This document shows positions 14,751 to 30,059 of a stretch of DNA of 64,000 nt, one piece after another. The stretch lies in the NCBI RefSeq assembly GCF_009914755.1, contig NC_060936.1; one strand, given 5' to 3'. This DNA is from the human T2T-CHM13v2.0 reference genome, Homo sapiens. The position numbers and the translations under genes are program-made. The notes under the pieces are model-generated. The model was not told where the DNA came from. It saw nothing but the letters and a program-made list of their open reading frames with translations, and ran no database searches. Position 1 is the stretch's first letter. Each line of letters starts with the position of its first letter.

Positions 14751-16539
14751 AGCACATTTTTGCAGCTGAGCAGTTTTGTCAGCCTGCTTCCTCCTATTCA
14801 TAGAAGTTCGGGGGTGCAACCTTCATTTTGTATTATCTCTATCCCTTTTGGTCTAAGCTGGTGGTGTTTCTGTGGATATAATTCTCTTAAAAACACTGTT
14901 AACCTTATTGGGGCTTACTTCACTTGGCAAAAGCCACACTCACAAATCATTTGGAGAGAAACTCTTCTCTGCCTTGAGCTTTTGCTGAGTTGACGACATA
15001 ACAAGACCCTTAAGCTTCTTGGAAGTCCTATTATTTGATTGACAGGATCTGTGAGGCCCACCCTTAAACTCTTTAGAAGACCTTTGGTCTGAGTGGACAG
15101 ATCTTGAGATAGACCTTTGGTCTTTCTGATATCTTAGAAAATAATTCTAGAGTCATACCTTTGGCCTCATCTTTAGACCAAGCTTTCCTGATAGTGCCCT
15201 GGATTTGTATTTTTGCTTGGAAGCCATTTTTCAATGTTAGTATTATTTGCTATATTGGGAGACTGAGAATTTGAAATCATCAAGTCCCAGCTCCTCCATG
15301 TTTAACATTACTTTTGTTAATTTTTTTTATCCTACTATCACATTTTATATAAGTAGCAAAAAGAAAACAGGTGGCGGCCTCAATATTCCCTCTGGAATCC
15401 TCTTTACCTAGGTCATGCAGTTCATTCGGTATATTTTCTACTTTCCACAATACTGCAGGTGACAGTATTGCTAAACTTTCTACCACTGCATAATAAACAT
15501 TCCCTTTCATCCAGTTTCCCAATAAATTTCACTTCACTTTCCTTTAGGCCTTCACCACAGCCTCTTGAAAGGACAATAACGCTTCTACAAACAATTGTTT
15601 CAAGGCTCTTGAGACTTCCTCAAATATTTCAGAGCTTCTACTCACTTTCTGGTTTCAAAGTCACTCCCAGATTTTAGTTATTTGTTATATAGCATCCCAT
15701 TTCTAGGTACCAAAATCCATATCACTTATTTTTGCTATATAACAAATTAACACTTAGTGGCTTAAAACAACGTACATGTATTATTTCACAGTTTCTGTGA
15801 GTCAGGAATTTTGGAGCAGCTTAGCTTGGCAGTTCTGGCTCCAGGTTTCATATGAAGTTGCAGTCAAGATGTTGGCCAAGACATGTACAGAAAATAGCTA
15901 TGGGATCAGAACCCCAGCCTCCCAGATGGAATCCAGGGGAAAGGCCAGTTACACAGTCTGGACCTCACAGTGAGGGATGAATGGAAAATCCTCCCCTCCA
16001 AAATGACAAGGAGCCCATAGGCCAAGAATTCTGATTAGAATTAGGAGCTGGGTCAGGCTCTGGCCGGCATAGGGAATGCCTGGGACTAAGTCTGTGAGTG
16101 GCAGAACTTTGGTGCCCAAAGCCAGGCAGGGATAGGCTCACATTAGGAGCTGCTGCATGACAGCCCTCTCAGCATTTGGGGTTAGTTACCACATAACATA
16201 ATATTCAAATTCTTTATCCTTCAGTGGCCTTTCTCCAGCCACGCTCTACTTCATCAAAGTCCTTCTGATTCTGTGGTAGTTAATGCCTCAGGCATAGTCT
16301 GTCCAGTGCAGAGAACAGAGGGGCCATTAAACGCATCCAGAAACTACGCCCAAGGGGCTTATTTCTGGGATGAATCAAACAAAAGGAGATTGTCATGACA
16401 AGAACTTGGGTAAGGATTGAGAAATGTCTCTAGATCCATAGGAACACGTCCAGTTTAAGTTCACCATTCATTAGAACCTTTTACAGTCCTAGCCCATCAA
16501 ATTAGCTCTTGAGGTACAGACATGAACACCCACATATAT

Positions 16540-17632
<1,093 letters not shown>

Positions 17633-17774
17633 TTTCTTTAAGTTATCATTCACATAAATTACAAAAAGAAGTTATTAATTAGGATACACAATACATTTCC
17701 AGATTTTTATAAGGATTAACTTTATTGTTGTGAGGAATAAATGAGATATGTGAAAACTTAACAGTTTACCATCT

Positions 17775-18455
17775 GCCCCTTATCCCTCCATTACTCCCTC
17801 CCTCTTTCCATCCCTCCATCCCTCTATCCTTTCCTCCCTCCTTCCATCCCTCCCTCCCTTCATCCTTCCACTCCTTCCTCCCTCTTTCCATCCCTCCATC
17901 CCTCTATCCTTTCTTCCCTCCTTCTATCCTCCCTCCCTTCATCCCTCCACTCCTCCCTTTCTCTTTCTATCCCTCTATCCCCCTATCTTTCCTCCCTCCT
18001 TCCTTCCCTCCCTTCATCCCTCCACTCCTCCCTTTCTCTTTCTATCCCTCTATCCCCCTATCCTTTCCTCCCTCCTTCCTTCCCTCCCTCCCTTCATCCC
18101 TCCCTCCATCTCTCCATCCCTCTCTCCCTCCCTCCCTTCATCCCTCCCTCCATCCCTCCCTCCCTCTTTCCATCCCTTCATCTCTCCATCCCTCCCTCCC
18201 TCCATACTCCCTCCCTCCATCCCTCCCTCCCTCCATCCCTCCCGCCATCCTTTCTTCCCTCACTCCATCCCTTCATACCCCCTTCCCTCCATCCCTCCCT
18301 CCCTCTTCCCATCCCTCCATCCATCCCTTCCTCCCTCCCTCCCTCTTTCCATCCGTCCATCCATCCCTTCCTCCCTTTATCCCTCCCTCCATCTCTCCAT
18401 TCCTCCCTCCCTCCCTCCATCCTTTTCTCCCTCTCTCCATCCCTCCCTCCTTCTT
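17775..18455. repeat. Polypyrimidine (CCCT/CCAT-rich) low-complexity tract with a ~75-80-bp higher-order unit
   Basis: Directly visible; almost no G on the + strand. Confidence 0.95.
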
Positions 18456-18779
18456 GTACTAAGAAAAACATGGAACTCTCTTGACTTTGATTTTCTTTTC
18501 TGCCTACCTTCTCTCTCCATGAAGTTTGACTACAATGAGATTTTTAACTCCCTAAAGAATCTCTCCTTCAAAGGACATGGATTATAGAGGAAAGAGCATT
18601 TTCTTAATGCTCTGTTAAAACCACCTATAAAGAGATCGCTCTATAAAATGTTGACGTCTCCTAAGACCTCACAAGCAATTTTTAGATAAAGTCATCACTC
18701 AGAATTTTGAATTCACTCTCAAGGATCAAAGCATAGAACCACACCTGAAGTAAATTTAGAAATAACAACCACCACAACT

Positions 18780-18940
18780 AGTACTCAGTGAGGTTTTCCT
18801 TGTGCCGAGGCTATCTCATCTCTTTTAATCTACCCAGCAGCCTGGGGAGAAATGTACTGTGATTACCCCATCTCCCGGTGAGAACCTAGAGCTTAAGAAG
18901 CAGGACTCGACTGCAGGACTGTCTGATTCTAGAACCCTCT
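18780..18940 (-). mobile_element. MIR fragment
   Basis: tctcatctcttttaatctacccagcagcct...ccccatctcccggtgagaacctagagctta...gtctgattctagaaccc. Confidence 0.55.
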
Positions 18941-19339
18941 GACACTTTCCTGCACGGATTCCCAGCATTTATGCCTCTGTCTCTCTGTTTTGTACTTCAA
19001 TCTGGCTCAAGTCTAGGCCTCTCCCTCTCTTGTCACAGCTCTTTAGGATTCCTTGTGGCAGCCAGCCTGGATGAGTGTGACTAGTTTTTCTGTGAATTCT
19101 CTCTACTTCATAACTGCTGATCTCGTCTTCCCACCTTCTTTCTTTCAAGTTATTCTACATTCCACATAGATTAATGTTGCTGAATTTACATGTTTTTGTA
19201 TATCACCTCAACTCAAAAAGTTGTACTAATCCCCCTGTTTAAGATGTCAGATCCAGTTCTGCCTTTTATTAGCTGTGTCTTTGAGCAATGTAATGAATTT
19301 TTCTGAGTCTCAGTTTTCTTATTTCTAAAATGAAAATGC

Positions 19340-19620
19340 ACATCTGTAATCCCAGCATTTTGAGAGGCCGAGACATGCAGATCGCTTGAGCTCAGGAGTT
19401 CGAGACCAGCCTGGGCAACATGGTGAAACGCTCATCTTTACAAAACATACAAAAATTAGCCGGGCATTGTGGCACACACCTGTGGTCCCAGCTACTCAGA
19501 GGGCTGAGGTGGGAGGATCACTTGAGCCTGGGAAGACAAGCCTACAGTGAGCTGCAATTGGGCCACACTGCACTCCAGCCTGGGTGACAAAATGGGACTC
19601 TGTCTCAAAAACTAAATAAA
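19340..19620 (+). mobile_element. AluJ (slightly 5'-truncated) inserted in a MIR (MIR ~19245-19339 and ~19625-19670)
   Basis: Alu dimer with gggaggatcacttgagcctggg; upstream MIR core ctgagtctcagttttcttatttctaaaatg. Confidence 0.9.
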
Positions 19621-20119
19621 TACAATTAATATGATGATATCCACTCCATGAAGTCATTAAGAAGATTAGACAAGGTTGTCATTCTGGACAGGTGAGGCTG
19701 TGCTGCTGTGATAAACAAGCCCTAAAACTCCGTTGTTTTGTTGTAACTCCTGCTACATGTGCCTCTCAAGCTCCTCATCTTTACTTCGGGGCTCAGACTG
19801 ACAGAGCAGCCTTTATCTGAAATGTGGGCAGATGTGGGCCAGTGAATATGAATGCTACAATCTCCTACAGAAAATGCAGAGCAAACACCCGCACAGTGTC
19901 TGACGCCTGGTACGTGCTGAAGGAACGTTCTCTCCTTGGAGCTCATCCTCAAGTGGGAAGTCTACTACACCAACGTCTAAACCTTTATGGGAAGCCTGTT
20001 CCTGCAAGATGTGTGAAGTTCAGACACCAACCATTACAATCTTCTTTCAGCGGGCTTACACTGTTGAATGATTAAATTGTTCTTTATGTCTCCTGGCTTC
20101 AAAAACTGTGTGGGTTACT

Positions 20120-20557
20120 ACATCTGTTTCCTGGGGCAGCCATACCAAATAACCCCAAACTCAGGGGCTTAAAACAATGGCAATTGATAAACTCACAGTT
20201 CTGGAGGCCAGAATCGAAAACGCAGGTGTTGGCAGGGCCACACTCCCTCCAGGGGCTCTCGGGGGAATCTGTTCTTGGTTTCTTCCAGAACCTGGTGGCC
20301 AGATCACTCCAACCCCTGCCTCTGTGGTCGCATCGCCTCTTCCTCTTCTGTGGGTTTCCTCTGTGTGTCTCCTATAAGGACACTTGTCATGGTATTTAGG
20401 GCAGACTCAAATAATCCAGGATGGCCTCCTCACCTTAAGATCCTTAATTTAATTACATCTCCCAAGACTCTTCTTTCAAAGAAGGACACATTCACAAGTT
20501 CTGGGAATTAGGACATGGGCATATTTGGGGAGGGGGACCTCCAATCAACTCACTACT
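20120..20557 (-). mobile_element. MLT1B/C MaLR solo LTR
   Basis: ggcttaaaacaa...ctcacagttctggaggccagaa...cctataaggacacttgtcatgg...aagatccttaatttaattacatct. Confidence 0.85.
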
Positions 20558-21555
20558 ATCGTCAAGTGCATACTCTTAAGCATTTCAAAGTTTGCAACTC
20601 GGTTATTTTTCACCTATTTTAGAAAGAGGTTGATTTTACACACCACATTGTTCTTTCAGTGACCGACATCTTATAAAACCCAGAAGTAAGTAAAGAGCAT
20701 TTATTGCCATGGTAGCCAGTTTTGTCACTGAGAAACAGCCCAATGTATGTTCACACTGTCGTATTAGGAAAGCAAAAAGAGTAATTATATTAAAATAAAA
20801 TACAGCTTCCTCTCTTCTTTCTTTCCTTTATTATTTCTGTGACTGACAGTCTATCAGATGAGGCTTTTTTTTTTTTTTTGCTGAGGTTGCTCATACAGAC
20901 CATGTTGATGTCTCTAGAGGTTCTGCATGTAAGGAAAGCCAGATTTTTCACCTTTGACAAAAGTGGAATTTTTCCATTTAATTCTGCATTGACTAAGGTC
21001 TTCTGGGAGATTCTGTGCAGTCTCTGTACCTGAAATGCAAAGTCATTGTGAAAGAAGCTCTACGACAGAATAAAAATTATTACAATTCCAAAGGAGTTGG
21101 CCTATAATTAATTGTATTTTAAAAGGAGTTTCATTTGCTTTACTGCTTTTTTGGAAGAATTAAATGTAATTTGATCTCTGGGAGAAAATACCAACCTCTT
21201 CATGTATATACTTGTTTTGTTTTTTTCCTAGCATTTGGTAAAAGTTAATGAGGCACATTTTTTTGGTATTGTTAGCACAAGTCCTTACTCTTGGTGTGAA
21301 AATATATTGACATTTGCTACCGTTTCTATATCATGTGTAAGTGATAGAGGAAGGGAAAAAGAGAAAGAATAGCAATTTGTTGTCATGGAAATGAATTAAT
21401 ACAAAACTGGTGGTTTGTACTATGACTTGAGATGCTTGGGAAGGGGGAGGAGGAAGAATGATAACATCTATATGATCACAAAGCCAAAATTCTTAGAGAA
21501 ATACTGGCAAATATCTGGAGTGATTTTTATTCCCCATCTATCTAAACCCCTCACA

Positions 21556-22668
<1,113 letters not shown>

Positions 22669-22699
22669 GAAGGACTGTAAATCACAGAGTTGTCCCTTG

Positions 22700-23198
22700 T
22701 GGCCATGTCTGGACTATTGACCCTAGCTCCTAATCTACTTCCAGCCATTGGATCAGGGGTGGAACCTGGCTTAATTTGACCAGTTGCAGTAATTTGCTCC
22801 TTTGGGCATGGTTCATTGGTCCTGGAGTGGCCATCTGAGACAAACCAAATTAACCACGATTGTTCCCCAGAACTTTTCAAACTGGAACTAAGAAAAGAGA
22901 GCTGGTTTCATTTTGGAGGTGAAGATGTGGGCTCTGAGGCCTGGAATCTAAATGTGACCATGTGACCTACCTGTTAAAGAGATCATTTTAAGAGAATGAA
23001 GCATGGAGTGGCAGATGAGAGATGGGGAGAAATTCTACTGGCAGAGAATGTAAGTTCCCAATTCAGTTGTCCTCATAGTCCAGCTGCACTTCACATCTTC
23101 CCGCAGTTATGAGAATCCACCTCCAATAAATTCCCATTGCCTGACTAAATTATTTAAAGATGGGTTTCCATGCATAGAAATCAAAAAAAGTTCTAACT
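22700..23198 (+). mobile_element. Old ERVL LTR (LTR33/LTR16-like) remnant
   Basis: 3' motif aataaattccc...gatgggtttcc...aatcaaaaaaagttctaact. Confidence 0.45.
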
Positions 23199-23329
23199 GG
23201 CTGGGTGCTGTGGTTCACACCTGTAATCCCAGCACTTTGGGAGGCATTGGTGGGTGGATCACTTGAGTTCAGGAGTTCGAAACCAGCCTGGGAAACATGG
23301 TGAGACCCTGTCTCTGAAAAAAAAAAAAA
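23199..23329 (+). mobile_element. FLAM_C / Alu left monomer
   Basis: Monomer plus poly(A); TSD aaaagttctaact / aaaagttttaact. Confidence 0.9.
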
Positions 23330-25559
23330 GTTTTAACTAATATACCTCTCCTTACCCTTTTTGATTGTGACTTAAAGTATTCTCAGTTAAGTTCTAAGCA
23401 TCTTAGGAGATGCTAGAGGCATGGGTGAGCCAAATAAATGAAGTCGCAGAGCCCCGGCGTATTGCTGTGTTATGTGAGGCCAGAGGAAACCCAGGGAGTT
23501 CTTCAATGGGAATATTCTATTTTGATTTGCTGAGATCTGCTGAAGGCTCCTTCTTGGGTTAAACACAAGTATTCCCCCAGCTTGCAGAGACGTTTTTGTT
23601 TTGTTTGAAAAAGTATTGTATCAAATGCAGTCCTTTGGTTGGCAGAGCTCCTTATATATCTTCTACATCTCTTGTGGCACTTTCACATCCATTATCACAT
23701 TTTTACCTCTTAAGCGTTCCTAGAGGTGAGTGAGGCCAAATGGTACATTACTATTTTAAAAGGAGGAGGCAACTGCATTCCAGAAGGATTAAGTGTTTTG
23801 TTGAGAGCTACTGAGTTTGTCCAGGACAAAATCAGCCTGAAAATTGGGTTTCCTGACTCTCAGGATTTAATCCGTGCCCTACCCACATTTGACCAAAAAC
23901 AAATGAGTCTTGCGGCTTCTCTGGTTCTTAGTCTGAGAAGGCAAAGACAAGGGGCTGGGAAATGCCCCTCCAACTGGCCATGTGGACTTGTAATAAGCAT
24001 GTAAATACCATGCTGGGACATGGCGGCAAGGCTCATTTGCTGCCTTCTCACAAAGTGGAATGGGAGAATTCGTTGCACGGTATTAACCAATTGGTTGCCT
24101 AGTAGTCTGGTGAAGTGTATTAAGGACATTACCAGAGCAATGTAAGCTAAGGCCAAGGAGGACAGTCTGACCAGAGGAAGACCACAGAGTATGTGTTTCT
24201 ACATTTACATATGACTCAGGAGAGTTTGGCATCATAGCTGGGACCATTTTCCAAACTGAAAGAAGGAATTTCTCTACTTGCGAGGGTGGCTGGGCAGGCT
24301 CCATGGAGACAGAAGTTTGCCTGCAGAATTACTTGGCTTTGTGTATAGCTAGAGGTGGTCAACTACACTTCCCCTTCCAACAGGCAGCCAATTGGAGAGG
24401 GCTAGGGTTTGCAGATGGCTCTTCTGCTCTTCTCACCATGGCCCTGGCAAAAGCAACCATTCAGACTCCATTTGTGGTGAAAGGAAACACAGTTGAAGGG
24501 TATGTTTTACCAGGGATGAAAACCAAGTGAACCCAGGAATATATCGTGAGGCTCCTTTTTTCAGCTCAAGGCCCTGAAAAGAAAACTGAACTTTGTTGAT
24601 AGTATTTGACTATTGTTCGTGTTTAAGGGCCTCCAAAATTTGGAAATGGGGGAAACAGGACAGACTTTTTAAGTGCTTAACTGTAATAACTGTAGTATTG
24701 GACTAAATGTGAAAGATCAACGGAAAAAGACAGGATGACTTCCAAAGCCCTTGGACTAGCTGGGAGTGGGAGGATGGTGGTGCAAGGGGAGGCAGTGGTT
24801 GGGATGGGCAACTGTGGAAACAGAGAAAAAAGACAGACACAGAGACAAATATTGGTGGTGCTCATTCAAACACTTCCCAATGGAAAAGAAGCCTTAGCCA
24901 ATGGATTTTGGGGGTGCAATGCCACTCCTAGTGGGTAAATGTATCTAGAGGGGTATAATAGCTCTTGTGTTTGTGCCTTCACATTCTGTCTGTAAGACTA
25001 TCTCTGTGTGACATGAAAGATGTACTGAGTAGCTTACTTTGCTACTGCATACCTTTGGCTTATCCAATTCTCTTTGATCTGATGTCACACTCAACAAGTA
25101 ATCTCCTGATTACTGTTTAGCTCCTACAGGGAAAGAATGTATTGATCCTAGAAACTTCGGATATTCTTGTCCTTCTAAAGATGGTTTCTTACGAGAAGTG
25201 AATAACTTGGCATTCTGATGTTTTATATCAGCCTTTTGAATGTAATTAGCATGAGCCTGCCCTGAGAGACGCATGGCATGATGTGTTGACAAAGTCAGGT
25301 CTGAGCTCACCAGTCTAATTATCCAACTACTGATGATTGTAAATTTGTAAGGTAATAAATGATACACTGTCAGGCCATTTGGGAGACGGCCGGCCAACCT
25401 TCCCACAGTGGGGTATCCTGATATCACCCTGTAACTGAGAAATCACATTTGGAACTTTAATACAACCCTCTTTGAGGAAGAAATAGCTACAGCAAGGTAA
25501 AAATAGAGTGTTAGTGATAGGAGGTAGGAGTGGTGCTAAAAATGTTTATGGCATGAATA

Positions 25560-25862
25560 TAGTAGCCGTGAGAATGTGTCTCACAGACTTCCAACCACAG
25601 GGAAGTAGCTGTGCTCTGAAATCTATTGTCATATTTGCACCGAGGCCACACTTCCAGTGGGTTGCTCCCAGTGACTGAGCATAGCAGGAATACTAAAGCG
25701 GGCCCATTCCTGGGAAACAAAAGACTCCTCTGATGGCTGATGTTGGCATGAGAACTCCCCAGCAGCCTTGCCAAATCTCTTCTAGATTGCCTAGCAGTCT
25801 AGAATGCTTCCAATCAAGCTTCCTTCCCATGCTCCTTCTTGGGGTCAGATTTTCATCATGCT
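25560..25862 (+). mobile_element. LTR16-like ERVL LTR
   Basis: gctcccagtgactgagcatagcaggaatactaaagcgggcccattcctggg...ggggtcagattttcatc. Confidence 0.65.
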
Positions 25863-25999
25863 CCTTACATATTTAGTCTTGTCTTTTCAAATTCCCTAAA
25901 CAATCACAATGAAAAACATTGGATGAGATGTGAAAGGTCAATGGAAAAAGATAAGATGACTGATGACTTCCAAAGCCCTTGGACTGGCTGGGAGTAGCC

Positions 26000-26481
26000 A
26001 GGATCTTGCAGGAAAGAGATGGTATACTCAAATCGGGATACTTTGAGTACAGTTAAATAAAGGAATTGTTTTCAAAGTTATGGGCAGGGTATAGAGAAGC
26101 CACAAGGGAGAGTGTAGTTGTTCATGAATAGCTAGGTACAGCTCTCCACCCTAGGCCTGAAGGAGCAAGGGGAGAGAGCAGTTACTGAAATCCCAAGATT
26201 AAGAGGGCTGTGGGTAGAAGCTTGCCTTAAAGGCGCTAGGATCTTTGTATAAGGAATGCAGCCCATCTGCAGAATCCCCAAATGGAGTTGCTAAAGGAAT
26301 CAAGACCCTTGCTTCCATGTACTGTCTCTCTCTGATCTCCTGCTTGCAATTGGCCCAGCCCAACTGGAAGCTGCAGAGAAATGAGCCTATTGATACCTCA
26401 TGCGTTAGCCTCATGCATCCTACACAGGGAGAGAAAGGTGGAGAGTGGATCTGTAAAGGCAGGTGGGATGTCTCCAGCCGC
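26000..26481 (-). mobile_element. LTR16C-like ERVL LTR
   Basis: caggaaagagatggtatactcaaa...aaataaaggaattgttttcaaag...gagagtggatctgtaaaggcagg. Confidence 0.6.
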
Positions 26482-28369
26482 AAGACAATGGTGCGCTTTT
26501 ATGTGGTAGCAGCGAGCCTTCCCTTAAGGCTTTCCTATGGCAGCAATGACAAAAGAGAGCCCCGACCTGGGAAATGAAAGACACAGACTCCACTGAAGAT
26601 AGTGTTGCGTGAAAGAAACAGCAAAGACTGTGAAAGAAATTCCAGCCCTGGTGTTCTGCCTGGACCTAGACAGGACCTAGCCCTGGATTGAAAACCGGAG
26701 CTATTGGTTTTTAGGCCTTGGGATATGGTGCTTTCTTCAGGATTGGACTCATGAGATAGTCTCCAAAGAGGTCAGTAGGTGGGAGGATATCTTTTCAGCC
26801 CAGAATGGGCTAATAAGATAAATTCAGAATTAAACTGCGACGACTGCTCAAAAACACAGAAAAGAAAAGGAACTGGATGGAAACAAAGGGAGAGCCTGCT
26901 GCTGGCATCTTTCTTTTTACCACTCTCCCCTGGGAGGTTTGTCGCTGTGGCATTGCAGTCTCAGTTGGAGACTTCTTGGAGGGAGCAGCAGAGCTTCTTG
27001 AGTCTAAACTGACATTGAAAAAAGGCTCTGTATTACAAGAATACATCTGAATTCATCATGGAAGTCAAGAGGAAAATGTGATTGAGGGAATTCCTAAACT
27101 CCACCCTGTCTCATCATCCCACGTCCTTATCAAGCACCATGTTTTATGGAGCCTTCCCCTGTCTCCTGGATCTGCCTACTCCTCTTCATTCCCATGGCCA
27201 CTGCCTGAGGCCAATTCACCATCCTATTTGCTTGGATTACCACAATGGCTGCCTCACCAGTCCCCCTGCCTCTGGCCTGACTGAAATGTCAGTCAGGATG
27301 CTGTTGGCTATGAGAAAACTGTGACTAAAATTGGCTTGCTGTTGCACATAACCACAGGTTCCTCGTAGGGGCAGGCTCCAGAACAGCCCACCAAGGCTCT
27401 GGCCCTACTTCTTTCTGCACCTCTTAACCTTAAACTCACCCATGTGGTAACTTCATCAGGCTGGTAGATTGATAACCACATCCATTCCTGGTGTCATATC
27501 TGGTCTCTACAAAGTCCAGAGGTAGAAAAGTCCATCTCTTCTTGTGTGCTTCACTTATGCAGGAGGAAACCTTTCTAGAAGCCCTCAAGGAAACCCCCCT
27601 AATGCATTTGGCCACCCAGAAGAGGGGGATTTCTAAACAAGCTGGGAGTTCTGTTAGGAAGGAAGAAGGTGGCTGCTACATCCATTTTTCTACACAGCAA
27701 ACTTAATGATCTTTCTAATGCAGAAATCGATCATATCATTTTTCTGCTTAAAGTCCTTCAGTGGCCACCACTACTCTCACACAAAGCCCAAATGTCTTAC
27801 ATGAGCATATGAGGCCATTTTTACTATGACCCCTGTCTACCGCCCCAGCCTTACTCCTCTCCCTACCCTCTGTCCTGCAGTCATGCTAAACTGCTTGCAT
27901 TGATATAAACAAGCCATGTTCTCCCCTCTTATCAGTTGCTTCTTGGCTTCTGCTGTTTCCTTTGCTTGGAGAACACCTTGCTTCTTCTGGCTTACTTGGG
28001 TCATTTTGGGAAACTCCATATAGATACCAGTTCTTCTCAGGAGGCTTCCCTTGGCCCTGCTGTGTGCTTACCCTTATACTATCCCTTGGCCTACCTTGGC
28101 CAAGCCTTCCCTTGGCCCATCTTGTGCCTACTCTTACACTATCTGGAGGTATTCAGACGACCTATTTGCCAACCCGTTTCTCTTCCCGGACTCCAGGCCA
28201 CAGGAGGGAGAAGTCTGTGTGCCTACTGTAAGGAGCTGTCTGATGCCTCAGGTAAGACTCAGTTTCTAGCATCAGACAGCCCGGATTTGGTTCTTGCCTT
28301 CAACTACTGTAACTAATCATATTCAATTACTATGAGTAACTAAGGTCACTAACTGCTTTGAGTACTCAA

Positions 28370-28552
28370 GGTAGTTAGTGACCTTGGGCAAGTTATTTAA
28401 CTCCTCTGAACTTTTGTTTCTTCATCTATAAAGCAGGGACAATAACACTCACTATCTCATGCAGTGATTGTGAGGGTCACGTGGGATGATTTGTGTAAAG
28501 CACTTAGCACAGTGCCTGACACCAAGCTGGTGCTCAGTGAATGTTAAGCTGA
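28370..28552 (+). mobile_element. MIR
   Basis: gtgaccttgggcaagttatttaac...gtaaagcacttagcacagtgcctgacac...aatgttaagct. Confidence 0.85.
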
Positions 28553-29318
28553 ATGGTGATTTGGTGAACAGAGCTGAGTCTCTCCCACTGTTCTGGGGAT
28601 GTTAAAAGCACTCTGATACACGTACCTGGATACAGGGCTGCCAAGGCTAATCTTATATACATAATTGAGGAGGATGTAGGGATATGTTGGCTTCTCAAAT
28701 AATTATTATACTAGGCTATGTTGCTGAATTCTTAATCCTGCCATTACAGATTGACTATTTCATGTTAGCAATCAATCAATATTTACTAAGAAAAAAATTC
28801 TTGATAGTGCAGTGGCAAACTCACTCATTTCCTGCTCCAAAAGACATGGCCTTGTCCAACTAGTCAAGCTGTAGACAGAAAGTGCTCTTGGACTTCAGAG
28901 AAGATCTCTACATTGAACTTGGAGGATGATGATGACATTTAGACAGATGGAGATGGGAGAAGAGGACCCAGACAATGAGAAGAGAAGAGGCTGGAGAGCT
29001 CTGTGCATGGCAGAGGATAGCATATGAACCTCTGGTGACCAGAGGGTCTTGCAGGTACGGACTTGGGGATTTTCCCTTGAAAAATGTGAATTCACTTGAA
29101 TTGATATTTTATCATAGAATTGTAGAACCAGAAAGGAATTTTAAATCCCCTTATTTGAAGAAACTGGAGCTCAGAGAAACTAAATACTGGGTCCAAATTC
29201 ACCCAGTTAGTTGGTGAGAGAGAGAGAGAGACTATAAACCAAGGTTATCTGACCCCAAATCTAGACTTTAGAGCTCTTTTACCCACTACCAAACCACCTC
29301 TTAATTAGTTTAGTTATA

Positions 29319-29659
<341 letters not shown>

Positions 29660-30059
29660 TGAGATAATGAAGTGAGAGAAATTGGGGATTCATTGTGGGT
29701 GGAGGGGGTGGGTGAGAAGGGAGCACAAGAGGAAAGAGGAGACCCAGGAGGAAGTGGGGAGGTGGGAAACATGTGTCTCTAACCTTCAGCTTCTTCCAAC
29801 CCTCTTTGCCTTCTGAACAGAGCCTAAAATGCATTCACACAAAAACATAAATCACCCAAAAGCCAGAAACAAAACATCATGCTCAAGTAGCCTGTTATCA
29901 GGAGGGGCCTGGAGTGGAACACTATGTTGCAAGAACCAGCACTTCTGAAACCCAAGTTCCAATTCCAGTCTGCCACTGACTCATATTATAGCCTTGGGGA
30001 AAACATGCAGCCAATGGAACCACATAGAACATTCTAAAGGAATAATTCTGAAGATACTT

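Larger units (their letters stand above)
9664..15880 (-). mobile_element. MLT1 (F/G/H-like) MaLR provirus remnant: LTR (9664-13558, interrupted), internal region (~13560-15717), partial second LTR (~15718-15880)
   Basis: Two similar LTR ends (tagtggcttaaaa...cagtttctgtg[g/a]gtcaggaatt at ~9707-9760 and ~15756-15810). Minus-strand ORF 15280-15522 (GNWMKGNVYYAVVESLA...LWKVE...LHDLGKEDSRGNIE) resembles the MaLR internal ORF. Confidence 0.75.

Noticed and set aside
18178-18471. 97-aa G/R/E/W-rich ORF
   Set aside because: Artefact of the stop-free polypurine tract.
25120-25218. Possible last exon (tttag| ...PTGKECIDPRNFGYSCPSKDGFLREVNNLAF*)
   Set aside because: Weak polypyrimidine tract, no recognisable protein and no partner exons.
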